Shown here piece by piece: positions 1 through 10,227 of a DNA stretch of 42,441 nucleotides. Under the pieces are notes generated by a model, which worked only from the letters and a program-made list of their open reading frames with translations, was not told the origin of the DNA and did not search any database. This stretch comes from Trichomonas gallinae (Eukaryota). The position numbers and the translations under genes were made by a program. The stretch's first letter is position 1. Every line of letters starts with the position of its first letter. Where the stretch lies: the NCBI GenBank assembly GCA_008369845.1, contig MRSU01000045.1:1-42441 (forward strand). Direction: 5' to 3'.

Positions 1-393
1 GAGGAAGTCCGCAAGAAAGTCGAAGCCAAGAATGGCCTCGAAGGCTACTGCTTCGGTGTCCGCAACTCCATCAACGGCGAGCTCAGCAATAAGATTGACA
101 CCAGTGACAAAGAAGCAATCACAAAGATTATCAACGACACACTGGCCTGGATCGAGTCCAACAACGACGCCTCAGTCTCAGATTACGAATCCAAACAGAA
201 GGAAGTCGAAGGCAAGCTGATGCCATTGATGCAGAAAGCTTACCAGTCCGCAGCTGGTGGTGCAGGCGGCATGCCGGGCGGCGTTGATCCAAGCATGTTC
301 CAGAACATGGGAGGTGCCGGTGGTGCAGCTGGTGCCGGTGCTCATCCAAGTGGTGGCAGCAGCAGCGGCCCACGTGTTGAAGAAGTCGATTAA
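1..393 (+). CDS. HSP70: Cytosolic Hsp70, C-terminal part (5'-truncated by the window edge)
   Basis: Frame +1 from base 1 reads EEVRKKVEAKNGLEGYCFGVRNS...TLAWIESN...YESKQKEVEGKLMPLMQKAYQSAAGGAGGMPGG...GPRVEEVD-stop (TAA 391-393). This has the Hsp70 lid helices, a GGMP motif and the terminal EEVD typical of cytosolic Hsp70. It is absent from the ORF track because no start codon lies in the window. Confidence 0.96.
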   Translation, partial: EEVRKKVEAKNGLEGYCFGVRNSINGELSNKIDTSDKEAITKIINDTLAWIESNNDASVSDYESKQKEVEGKLMPLMQKAYQSAAGGAGGMPGGVDPSMFQNMGGAGGAAGAGAHPSGGSSSGPRVEEVD

Positions 394-685
394 GCAATAA
401 AAATTGTCATGTAAACGTTTTATTATTAATTAATTACTTTTTCAATTGAAATTAATTAAACTTTACTAAGTAATATCACACTACTTATTATCCACTCTAT
501 ATAGCAAGTGGAACATGTGGGATATATGTTGTTATATAAAACTTTGCAACATCTTATAGATAAGGGAATTGAAATCAAGAGCCCTCGAAAAGGGATCAAC
601 AGGATTTGGGAAAATAACCTTAATTTTTAAAATCATTTTTGACATATGACAATTTACAATTGTATCCCTTGTTTTACAATTTTAC

Positions 686-2158
686 ATGTCAATTTCAAAA
701 GAGATGTCAGAGGGTACTCATCTCTCTGGCAGTTCTGATAAAAGCCCCAGAAAATACACGAATTATGAGGACTGGTGCCTTACTAATGCACATTTATGTG
801 GTTTTCTGGACACTCTGACCCTACGAGCGAGGGTTTCCGCTGAAAAATTTAAAGCCAAAAGAGATGGAACCCACAGCCGATGCAAAGAAGAACTTCTTGC
901 ACATTTAAAGACAATTGATTCGCAAATGAATGATTATCAGAATCAAATCGTTTCATTATCACAAGCTCCTTTCCCAGCGAACCCATTTTTACATTATGAT
1001 GATCCTAAGCAGATAATGACAGCGAGAAAGTATATATTCACATTCAGAAAGATTCGCGTACAACAAATTGAAATTTATTCACAAATGTACGGATATTTGT
1101 CTGATGTTAGGAACAGCGTTAGAGCAATGTGCTCGCTGTTTACTGGAAATGCAATACCAAAAGGAAAAATATTCCGTTTGAGAGAAAGCTTTTTCAATTT
1201 ATCTTTTCCTGATTCGATATCGAAGCTAAATACACATCTTAAGTATCTACAAGCATATGAAAAAAGATTACAAGCTCAAATTTCGCAATTTACTGAACCA
1301 ATCTGGAAAAAGGATTTTGATTCCTATTTCTTGGATTTAATCAATTTGGGCAAACAAAGACTTGACCAAGAACTATCTTATTTCAGAGAACTTGAAGAAG
1401 AAATTTCTTTTTCGAAGGCATTATTTAATCCTTCGTCAATATATCAAAATACGATCGACGACCTCCTCAAATCTAATCTAAAAATCACAGATACAGGCGA
1501 ATTTATCTCTCAAATTCTCGATTTTTGCGATGAAATGATGCCAAAAGTTGGTTTAGACAATGATCAGCAAACAAGCTGCATTCTATTACTTGTCAGGGCA
1601 GTGTATAACAGATTTTATGAGCGCTATGGAAAAATGTTTTCTCCAGATTTTAATCATGATTATCAGAAAGTTGAAGACCTTAAGAGCATTCCAGCGACGC
1701 TATTCACCATACCAACAGAACTGGTGCAAACTCCAATAACAGGAACAATCGGCAATTTCTTTGGCACTGATCCATTCTTCCATGCACCAGGTCAATTCCT
1801 TTCTCAAGCGATTTTCCAGTCCAATCCGATTGACGCTTTGTACTGCATCCACAAGTGCTTAATTGGCATCCAGAAAGGCGCGCTTATTCACAGACTCGGA
1901 GGTGTTGATGCGAAAATTGAAGATGTCAGAGCTTTATTATGCTTTGATGATCTTTTCTCGCTCTTCTTCGGAACACTCATGGCGTCTGACATCCCTGATA
2001 TTTATTTTGTCGCAGATTTTATCTCGCGATTTGCCCCAAAGAACAGTCTATCACCTGCTTTTGAGTACGCAACTGCTAACATCGAGGCTCTTATCGAGCA
2101 CGTTAAGAGAATTGATCTTGATGATCTTAAAGAAAAAGCAAAGACTGAAAATCAATAA
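686..2158 (+). CDS. Hypothetical protein with a putative C-terminal VPS9-like (Rab5-family GEF) domain; the start may be ATG 704
   Basis: 490-aa ORF. The C-terminal segment 'LLCFDDLFSLFFGTLMAS...FISRFA...AFEYATANIEALIEHV' resembles the VPS9 pattern (xADDLLP...FI..F......Y.LTT..AA..FI). The ATG at 686 lies inside the recurrent upstream motif TTTACATGTCA (681-691), so the second Met at 704 is a plausible start. Confidence 0.6.
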   Translation: MSISKEMSEGTHLSGSSDKSPRKYTNYEDWCLTNAHLCGFLDTLTLRARVSAEKFKAKRDGTHSRCKEELLAHLKTIDSQMNDYQNQIVSLSQAPFPANPFLHYDDPKQIMTARKYIFTFRKIRVQQIEIYSQMYGYLSDVRNSVRAMCSLFTGNAIPKGKIFRLRESFFNLSFPDSISKLNTHLKYLQAYEKRLQAQISQFTEPIWKKDFDSYFLDLINLGKQRLDQELSYFRELEEEISFSKALFNPSSIYQNTIDDLLKSNLKITDTGEFISQILDFCDEMMPKVGLDNDQQTSCILLLVRAVYNRFYERYGKMFSPDFNHDYQKVEDLKSIPATLFTIPTELVQTPITGTIGNFFGTDPFFHAPGQFLSQAIFQSNPIDALYCIHKCLIGIQKGALIHRLGGVDAKIEDVRALLCFDDLFSLFFGTLMASDIPDIYFVADFISRFAPKNSLSPAFEYATANIEALIEHVKRIDLDDLKEKAKTENQ

Positions 2159-2768
2159 ACTGTATGATCTATTTGTTTCTATTAAATTTACTATTATATT
2201 TTGCTTATTATTAATTCGTAGGCTACAATGATGCGATTCTTCCAATACTGCGAATGTATTTATCGAAAATATTTCTTTCTAAATGACATATTTAGTGTTT
2301 TCAGACATCATGATGCTCTCTCCAGTTATAAGCAAAGTATCTAGATCATCAATTACAAAATTCCTTATATACTACTATTACTGCTCTTATATTCATTTTA
2401 TTAATTATTTATCTTTAATATTATTTTTTTAAGCTAGCTGGATAGTGCAAAATACATTTTAACAGCTACCAGTATTGCATATTTTGAAATTGCAGCACAT
2501 ATTTAATATATTAGGATGAATTCGCTGTATCAACCAATTGAATAAAATTTTATCACCATTCCATAAAGAAATCGTTTATAAAATATAAAAGTTTACAATA
2601 CACATAACAATATCAATCAAACAATTTACTCTGATAATCAATTTTGCTTAAAGTTGGAATTAAACATAAGTTAAATGATTACTATCAAGAAGTCTATCAA
2701 TAAGAGCACAATGACAGTCAAAAACTATGAGAATTAAAAATCCTCATGGTTAAATAATGATTAATAAC

Positions 2769-3446
2769 TTAAAATAGGCGCTGCGATGTTCTCATCAGCA
2801 ATTTTTCTCCATTCTCCTTTATAATAGGTCGAACATCATCCGCTGCAGCACATTGCTCCAGAATTGGCAAAATTTTCGTCATTAACGTATTATCAAGCGG
2901 GGTTCCACTCCATCGGTCAATGTAAATTGTGTTTTGCGGGTAATAATTTCGCATTTGATAATTATCGTCAACCATGATTACGTGTGATAAGGGCCTCCCG
3001 AACTTCTTAAGGTCTTTCTTGCATTTTCTTCCGCTGAACTTGCACGAGTCTCTGTAGAATCTATGGAGCTGGTCAACTTGCGGACATAAAGCATCGAGAA
3101 TTCTTTCGGCGTAGAACTGCGTGCCTGCCGTGAAGATGAACACCTCGAAGAGTTCAGCAACTTTATCTAAGAAATCTCGGACGTTTGGCCTTAAGAAAAC
3201 GTATTCTTGCGAATCATCGAATTTGAGTGTTTCAACGTCTGAATGGGGAGGGAATGTCGATGTGTGTATAAGCGTTTCGTCTAAATCCAAAACTAAAGCT
3301 TTTCGTGTATCTTCGATCAAATCGGGTCTGGGAGTAATAGGCAATGATCGCGCCACTTTATCAGTCTCGACGGCAGTTATGCCCATATACGAGAACCCGG
3401 AATCAAAAAAAGAGCCAAAGTTAATTGTGCCTGAAAAAGGATCCAT
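2769..3446 (-). CDS. NLI-interacting factor / small CTD phosphatase-like HAD phosphatase (FCP1/SCP family)
   Basis: Carries LVLDLDETLIH (DxDxT), RPNVRDFL, FTAG...YAERILD, KDL and DDN motifs. An Inr (TCATT) lies directly upstream of the ATG on the minus strand. Confidence 0.92.
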   Translation of the reverse strand: MDPFSGTINFGSFFDSGFSYMGITAVETDKVARSLPITPRPDLIEDTRKALVLDLDETLIHTSTFPPHSDVETLKFDDSQEYVFLRPNVRDFLDKVAELFEVFIFTAGTQFYAERILDALCPQVDQLHRFYRDSCKFSGRKCKKDLKKFGRPLSHVIMVDDNYQMRNYYPQNTIYIDRWSGTPLDNTLMTKILPILEQCAAADDVRPIIKENGEKLLMRTSQRLF

Positions 3447-3448
3447 CG

Positions 3449-3453
3449 AATGA
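3449..3453 (-). promoter_or_regulatory. Initiator (Inr) element TCATT
   Basis: The minus strand reads AAAATCATTCGATG, matching the trichomonad Inr consensus TCA(C/T)(T/A) just before the start codon at 3446. Confidence 0.6.
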
Positions 3454-3496
3454 TTTTAATTTGTAAGGTTATTTCGTAAGGAATTTTCCAAATCTT

Positions 3497-3566
3497 TGAC
3501 ACGTAATCATATTTTTTGCCATGTAAAATTAATATATGACATGTAAAAATAAATATGTCATGTAAA
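3497..3566 (-). promoter_or_regulatory. Array of four TTTACRTGDCA-like motifs, 20/20/19-bp spacing
   Basis: Plus strand has TGACACGTAAT (3497), TGCCATGTAAA (3517), TGACATGTAAA (3537) and TGTCATGTAAA (3556). All are in the sense orientation of the phosphatase gene, starting ~50 bp upstream of its ATG. Confidence 0.65.
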
Positions 3567-3770
3567 GTTCTTATGGGGATCATTTGACATTCATTCAAAT
3601 TGTTAGAAATAATTGAGAACACTCACAATTGTTAAGAATTTGGGATAGCATTCAGATATATAAGAGAGCAGGCTGGGGATGTGAATTTACACAGAATTCA
3701 ATCTTCTGGAATATATACTGATCCCATGATCATAATGGAAGATAAATCAAAATTAATTTTTTTGTTCCTA

Positions 3771-4375
3771 TCATCATTATGATATGCATATTAATATAGA
3801 CAGATATTAAACAATATTGAGTCATCATATCATCTAAAACAAGACAAATCAAATTTCAAGATTTTAAGTTTTTTGTTTTCTTGTCATCATTATGATATGG
3901 ATATGAATATAAATGAATGTAAAACAATAATCAGGCATCATATCATCTATAACAAGACAAATCAAATTTAAAAAATTTGATTTAATTTTGTTTTATTTAC
4001 TTTTCACCAGTATGACATTCACATGTATAAAATCTGATATAGAACAATAATTAGGCACTATATTTAAAAAACAAGAATTGAATTTACTTTTTTGCTTTCT
4101 TATCATTACTATAATAGTTATATGAATATAAATCAATATAAAGCAATATTTTAATATCATATATTAAAAGAGCAAATCATATTTGAAAAATTTAATTTTG
4201 TTTTATTTTCTTTTCACCATTATGATATGTATATGAATACAAAACTATATATAGAAGATATTTAAAAACAAGAATTTAATTATTATTTTTTTTTGTTTTT
4301 TTATCATCATTATGATAGTTATATGAAATTAAATAGAAATAAAGTATTATTTTAATACAATATCATATATAAAAA
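3771..4375. repeat. Degenerate tandem array, six ~90-120-bp AT-rich units
   Basis: Units begin TCATCATTATGAT or a variant at 3771, 3884, 4004, 4103, 4214 and 4304. They share ATATGAATAT..., ACAATA..., AACAAGA.. and T-rich tails. Confidence 0.85.
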
Positions 4376-4380
4376 GTGCC

Positions 4381-4387
4381 GCGGTTG
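4381..4387 (+). promoter_or_regulatory. M3-like core promoter element GCGGTTG
   Basis: Matches the Myb-recognition-like M3 motif (RCGGTTR) described in T. vaginalis core promoters. It ends 15 nt before ATG 4403. Confidence 0.45.
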
Positions 4388-4402
4388 TTTTATAAAAAAA
4401 AT

Positions 4403-7400
4403 ATGAATACTGGGCCTCTTTTTGATTCCGTTTTAACTGGCCTTATAGAGACATTTTCGCCGGTTATAGAGGGATATTTTAGAAAGTACGAGCCACAGCT
4501 TTCATCTACATCTATGACTGAAGCAGAATTTGACCAATATTTTGCAGATTTTTTCTCTGCGATGCCTAAAAACATTCCAGGTTTCTCACGCGTTATCAAG
4601 ACAATCACAGACTTCGCGAAAATCAATCAAAATGATGTACTTGCGAATCTCGCGTCAAAGTTCAAATCTGAAATTAATCGAGCTGTCGGCACTCCGTTTG
4701 CATTAATACAAATATCATCGCTTAACTTTCGACTTACCAATGTTTATCATTTCCATTTCCTTCGATTTTTAACTTTATTCATTTTGACAGAAATAATCTC
4801 GAGAATCTTCAAAGAACTTCTTGATTCGCCGACGGCTGCAAAAATGGTTCCATTCGGAAAAATTGTTCCTTGTGGTTTCCACGTCTGCCAGCCAATTCAG
4901 AAATTTTCTCTCGTCCAGAAATTGTTAATCAAAGAATGGGGCATAATTTTACACTGCATATCGCTTATGAATGCTGATGAAATGTCAATGTGCTTCACAC
5001 AGTTCGTTGATGATTCGAATATCGATAATGTTTTTTATTTATTATCTTTCGTTCGCGCTCCGCAGCCATTACTGGATAGCATCCTCGTGGCAACACAACA
5101 AGCGAAAAGAAAGAAGACAATCAACCAAGAAATGCTGACTTCTTTGTCTTTAATGATTTCCCAAAGTCCCTGCGAGCTTAATATACTTCACGAATTCTTC
5201 AATCTTGCCTGGTCCTTCAAAAGTACTGAAGGAATTAAAAATGGAGCAATCGATTTAATAACAGCATTATTCAATATAATGCCATCCGAAAAGAAGAAAG
5301 CAGCGTCTTTCTACAAGGACAGAGTTTACAAACATATCAATAATGCATCGAAAATCGAAAGAACTGCTCGTGCATTTTTAAGATTGTTACGCGGCGACGT
5401 TTTGAACGTAAATATTGTTGATTTCGAGCCAGAAGAATATGCTGGATGCAGAGGAGATATCGCAGAGCCAACAGACGAATTCATTAAGAAATTTTATAAA
5501 TCTTCTGTTGCAAACTTCGAAATTTGCCCAGAAGTATTTGTCGACATCATTGTACAACTCGCTGCAATTGATGCTGACAAGTTATCTCACGTTCTTTTTA
5601 CAGATATGATCGAAAAATCAGGAATTTATCACACGATTGTTCTTTTTGCAATATCGCATATAAATACGCCGGCATTTAAAGAAAGATCGAAAGTAAAGCA
5701 GGATATTATCGATTTTATCAACGATCTCGGTCATACAGCAATTTTACAAGATTTATCAAGCATTGATCATTCTCGCCTCATCATGTATGATAACTGCTAC
5801 ATACAGAGTCATTATGGATCAACAGATTCGGAAATTTACAATTTTATCAGCTCAAATAAATTAAATTTCGAAGTTACTAAAGAATATTCAAATAATCTTG
5901 AAAAAGTCGGGTCTACGTTTTCATTATCCCACTCCATTGCAGCTGCAGCTCCTTATTTGCTTTGGAAAGACTACAATGATCCAATTGTCATCAAAGGACT
6001 GATTGCTTTGGCTGGATCTAGTGACCCGATTGTTCACACCAAGGCTCTGAAAGCAATCAAGAGCATTTACAAGACGAATTACATAGATTTAATTAATACT
6101 TGCTTAAGTATCGCAAAAGAGCAGATAAGCATCGAAATGAGAAGGAATGCTCTTGATGTTATCTACATGATTGTCAAAAGCCACGAAATTGACAGCGAAA
6201 CCGCTTTGACAATCAATTTAATGTCTTTTATTCTTCTCGGCAGCAAACTCAGAGATATCAGGGTTCTCTGCTTAGCTATCATGCACAGGCTCTCAATTAC
6301 ACACACAGATTCATTTTTCAACGACTTTTTGGCATCAGATCAGTTAATTAAAAATGAAGTCGCTATAAACCTCGGAACTTCAATTGTTGCTGACTCTCCT
6401 TCTCATGTTTCACCAATTGAAGACGTACCTCCGTGGCAATATGCTGCCAGATCCTCTTATTCATCACTTTGGAATTATTATTACTCGGTTTTGATGTCTT
6501 TGTTCATTGAAGCGCATCCAGCCCTTCTTCCTAAGGTCAGAGAGTTCATGCAGCCGCTCAGCAAAGGCGCTCTCTCAGATAAAATTGCATCAAATCCAGT
6601 TTCGTTCATGGCTTCAATGCTGGACACTTATGCCAACTTGTATGACCCGGAGATGAACCCAGTCATCGAAGAATGCATAGAATACGCGAAGGTCATCATT
6701 TCTTCCAAGAATCAAACACATATCCACCATTTGATACAAACGCTGCCTTTCCTCAACTACAGGGTCATCCCATCAATAGTCACACACCTGATTACGCTCG
6801 ATTCCCAGTACTACTCCCAGCTCGCGAGATGTTTGTCAATGATTATCAAAATGCCGACAATTTTCACGAATTCCATCATGTTTATTTTCGGAGCCTACGT
6901 CGAATTCCTCAGCCTTCTTCAGTCCTTCTTCATCACACACAATCTCAACAGCCAGAGGAACATTCAATGGGACCAGAAACTTCTCGAAAACGTGAAAGTC
7001 AATGAAGACGTTTGCATCGACTACTGCATAATCGTCGCGACATTCTTCAACAACATACAATCGCAGATAGACGAAGACGAGTGGCCTCTTTCCAACAGGC
7101 AGGTCATGGTCAAGATATTGATACATTGGGTGAACATTCCAGGCGATTTCACTAAATTACAGCAATACGCCATCAACGCTTTGATTCCTTTGATATCATC
7201 GGGCACAATTTTCACCGACGGTTTCGTTTTCGAGCCAGAAATGCTCGACAGGTTCATCGCTGTTCAGTTCGAAGGATATCCAGTGTTGGATTCGCTCTTG
7301 ATGTTTCACGTAGATATTTTAATGAAAGAATTCATCAGGCAAGTATTTCTTAGACCACATAGAATATCACAGATATTTGTCAAAGCTATTATAGGTGCCA

Positions 7401-9568
7401 TGGAGAGCTGCACTGAAGAGAAGAACATAAGAGAACCACTTGGCTCAATGATTGTTTTTGCCCAAGAACTCGCCTCTCAGAATGATTTTGAGAACGCCTT
7501 GGTTATTATGTCACAGCTTGGAACACTTTTTGTCAGCGAAAAGTCTACAAACGTTATTCAAGAAGCGAAAAACATTGATTTTGTTTTCACAGTTTTCGAA
7601 TTCGCCACAGAGCAAATCATTTCTTTCTCTATTCAGTTGATGAAAGACATGATCAAAGCGAACGTTCCTATCAAGCATTTCGTTGAATTAGTTACGCCAT
7701 GGTTCGCTAGAATCAGAATTTTGCCGACAAACTCTTTGATATCAAACACATCGAAGAGATATCGCTGCTACAACGTTTTGTCTTTCTTCCAGGAACTCTG
7801 CGAGCTGACAATGCTTTTAGACGACGAACAGTCAATTTATGTATCCAAGCTATGGATAGAATTGATGAAAGAAACTGACAACTCAAAGGTCACATTATCG
7901 GTTTTGTATTCATGGGAAAACATCGAAGTCAAAACAAAGATATTCACTATGTTATGCGATTCTCTTTCAGGCATTGTTGCTCAGTTCCTTGCTAAGCGCT
8001 GCAGGTTCAGCTACTGGTACTTCCAGAGCACTCACAACGCATCAATCAACGATATAATGTGGTCGATGCCAATCTTGCAGTGCTGCTTCACTGAGCATTT
8101 GGAGGAAGCAGCTCCTTACTATTCCACTGTTTTGCATTTCTGCCTGTTGTATTATGAAGAGACGCAGAGCCTCTGCCAGAACCTATTCATGGTCTTCCAG
8201 GATATAGTCGAGGAAATAGAAATGCTAGATATCAACGGCTGCATGACAGACGAAGCATTGAGAGAAGTCGCAAGAATTTTGTCAACTCAACTCGGCGAAG
8301 ACAACAAGGCCGCATTAGACAAATGGTCACTCGAAGCCATCAAGTGGGGAACATGCTGCAAGTCTCTTAAACAGGCCACGAGATCAATCATCATTTTGGA
8401 TTCTATCGACGCACCATTGAATCCATTCTTCCCAACACTTTTGAGGGAGTCTGTAATATACCAGTTGGGAATTGTCTACGAAGACTACACTCAGTTCTCT
8501 AAATACATGAGCGCAGTCTTCCAGTTGTTAGCCCATTCGGTATTGATCCCGCAGTTCACTGGTTTCGCTTACGAATTCGCAATGAGATTCGTCAACTTTG
8601 AGCCATTGATTAAGACATCGAATCGCCACGCGTTGACAATTTTCATCGAATGCTTCAGGAACAACCAAGTCGCAGCAAGAGAAAATCCGTCATTAGTCGT
8701 CGATGCTTTCGCGCCTTTCCTGCAGGATATAGATACAAATCCGGAGTCACAGGAAGCGTTAGAAAACTGCATCGAGATGACTGGCGCTCCAGAGCTGATC
8801 TTGCTCAATTGCATATTACAGAGAGTCAGGACTCCATGCCCAGAGGAATACGATGAAGCCTTGAAGAGCATCAAGACAAATTATCAAGCTAACAGACTTC
8901 TCTTCTTCTTCTCGATGATTGTTGAAAAATGCACAGAAGAAGTTATTTCTTCTGTTTTAGGAGCAGCCAAAGATTTACTGGATAAGTTCAGAGACCAATT
9001 GAATGACAACAGACTTATTCCGATTTCAAGAGTTGCCTTGAAGAAGATTGTTTTCCAAAAGGAGGCTGCGGAATTCATTTATTTGCTCGCTGCCGTTAAT
9101 CCAACAATCACTTCGCTCGAATATAATCCGGATGATGGTGCGCACACTGTCGATGACGTTATATCAGGCTTAGATCAGATCGCGACACCACCAGGTGAAA
9201 AGTCACCGATCACAAATTGCAAGGAAATCACATCTATGACTGGCATGATTTCGCAGGAGAATCCACCAAAGATTTATCCATTCGATCCTCAAGTTGAAAT
9301 GGTCAAGAGCCTTAAGAACATCGAAAGCTTGACAAGGCAGTCTTCGAGCACATTAAGACATTGGTCTTCTGCCTTGAATTTGTCGTCGCGAGTCGTCGGA
9401 ACGAAATCAGCCCTGTTTTCAACTGCTTTGCAGCTGGATAAAGTTGATGTCCGTCCTTTGCATGTTAGAAACATCAGGCACCAGATTCTCGACTTGCCAT
9501 CAGATGACAAGATATTCAAGCAGGTTTTGATGTCGCCAATCGATTTCATGGCCATTCAGGATGTATAA
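4403..9568 (+). CDS. Large ARM/HEAT-repeat scaffold, Furry/Tao3/Mor2 (MOR2-PAG1)-like, ~1721 aa
   Basis: Long, helical, Leu/Ile-rich ORF. 'KWSLEAIKWGTCCKSLKQATRSIIILDSIDAPL' resembles the conserved Furry/Tao3 block (W..EAL.WA..C.SRH.A.RS.QI.R.L..PL). The track start at 4376 is GTG; the first ATG is at 4403. The CDS is secure and the family call is moderate. Confidence 0.7.
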   Translation: MNTGPLFDSVLTGLIETFSPVIEGYFRKYEPQLSSTSMTEAEFDQYFADFFSAMPKNIPGFSRVIKTITDFAKINQNDVLANLASKFKSEINRAVGTPFALIQISSLNFRLTNVYHFHFLRFLTLFILTEIISRIFKELLDSPTAAKMVPFGKIVPCGFHVCQPIQKFSLVQKLLIKEWGIILHCISLMNADEMSMCFTQFVDDSNIDNVFYLLSFVRAPQPLLDSILVATQQAKRKKTINQEMLTSLSLMISQSPCELNILHEFFNLAWSFKSTEGIKNGAIDLITALFNIMPSEKKKAASFYKDRVYKHINNASKIERTARAFLRLLRGDVLNVNIVDFEPEEYAGCRGDIAEPTDEFIKKFYKSSVANFEICPEVFVDIIVQLAAIDADKLSHVLFTDMIEKSGIYHTIVLFAISHINTPAFKERSKVKQDIIDFINDLGHTAILQDLSSIDHSRLIMYDNCYIQSHYGSTDSEIYNFISSNKLNFEVTKEYSNNLEKVGSTFSLSHSIAAAAPYLLWKDYNDPIVIKGLIALAGSSDPIVHTKALKAIKSIYKTNYIDLINTCLSIAKEQISIEMRRNALDVIYMIVKSHEIDSETALTINLMSFILLGSKLRDIRVLCLAIMHRLSITHTDSFFNDFLASDQLIKNEVAINLGTSIVADSPSHVSPIEDVPPWQYAARSSYSSLWNYYYSVLMSLFIEAHPALLPKVREFMQPLSKGALSDKIASNPVSFMASMLDTYANLYDPEMNPVIEECIEYAKVIISSKNQTHIHHLIQTLPFLNYRVIPSIVTHLITLDSQYYSQLARCLSMIIKMPTIFTNSIMFIFGAYVEFLSLLQSFFITHNLNSQRNIQWDQKLLENVKVNEDVCIDYCIIVATFFNNIQSQIDEDEWPLSNRQVMVKILIHWVNIPGDFTKLQQYAINALIPLISSGTIFTDGFVFEPEMLDRFIAVQFEGYPVLDSLLMFHVDILMKEFIRQVFLRPHRISQIFVKAIIGAMESCTEEKNIREPLGSMIVFAQELASQNDFENALVIMSQLGTLFVSEKSTNVIQEAKNIDFVFTVFEFATEQIISFSIQLMKDMIKANVPIKHFVELVTPWFARIRILPTNSLISNTSKRYRCYNVLSFFQELCELTMLLDDEQSIYVSKLWIELMKETDNSKVTLSVLYSWENIEVKTKIFTMLCDSLSGIVAQFLAKRCRFSYWYFQSTHNASINDIMWSMPILQCCFTEHLEEAAPYYSTVLHFCLLYYEETQSLCQNLFMVFQDIVEEIEMLDINGCMTDEALREVARILSTQLGEDNKAALDKWSLEAIKWGTCCKSLKQATRSIIILDSIDAPLNPFFPTLLRESVIYQLGIVYEDYTQFSKYMSAVFQLLAHSVLIPQFTGFAYEFAMRFVNFEPLIKTSNRHALTIFIECFRNNQVAARENPSLVVDAFAPFLQDIDTNPESQEALENCIEMTGAPELILLNCILQRVRTPCPEEYDEALKSIKTNYQANRLLFFFSMIVEKCTEEVISSVLGAAKDLLDKFRDQLNDNRLIPISRVALKKIVFQKEAAEFIYLLAAVNPTITSLEYNPDDGAHTVDDVISGLDQIATPPGEKSPITNCKEITSMTGMISQENPPKIYPFDPQVEMVKSLKNIESLTRQSSSTLRHWSSALNLSSRVVGTKSALFSTALQLDKVDVRPLHVRNIRHQILDLPSDDKIFKQVLMSPIDFMAIQDV

Positions 9569-10158
9569 TGTTTATAATTAATTGTTTTATTATTGATTAC
9601 TTATATTATTTTTAATGCTTTATTGTTTAAAGAATTTTTATTTAAGATTCATAGTCTTTATATATCTAATCAAATCAACAAAACGACTTAGAAATGAACA
9701 AAATTTGAAAAATATTTTTGCTTAAAAATCAGATTTTTCATAGATATTTTGTTTTATTCATTCTTGGAATTCGAAAGTTATTCAATTATCATATTAAAAT
9801 GGCTCAATTAGCTTATTTTAAAAGTTTCAGATTTTCTTTTGTATATTTCGATGAATTTTTCAACTAATTTAGTTTGTTATAAAATAAAAAGTAGAAAAAC
9901 ACTTTGGAAAATGGATGCTGACAAAAGTCTCCGAAAAACGAATTTTACATGACAAAATTTCGTTATTTCAGATATTTTAATTTTTTAGTGAAATTTCACT
10001 CTAAAACATCTACTAAATCTATATTTAAGAGTCAAAAATTGATTAAAATTTTACATGGCAAAATTTCCATTCATTATATTTTTATTTTACATGAAATTAG
10101 TTATGCAAAATGAAAATAAATCTAAAAATAATAAAAATAAGTTAATCTGATTTTCGAG

Positions 10159-10169
10159 TTTACGTGTCA
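10159..10169 (+). promoter_or_regulatory. TTTACGTGTCA upstream motif (variants at 9944, 10050, 10086)
   Basis: Exact copy 58 bp upstream of the flippase ATG. TTTACATGACA (9944) and TTTACATGGCA (10050) lie further upstream, all in sense orientation. Confidence 0.55.
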
Positions 10170-10227
10170 AAGATGGCAGCCAAACTTCTTCTGAAAATCT
10201 ACAACAATTTTTGATTCTAGTTTTTTT

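Noticed and set aside
32..397. ORFs 32..220 (+) and 131..397 (-)
   Set aside because: They are off-frame or antisense to the Hsp70 C-terminus in frame +1.
3771..4375. CRISPR-like interpretation of the repeat array
   Set aside because: Whole units are similar to each other with no unique spacers, the repeats are degenerate, no cas genes are present, and the context is eukaryotic.
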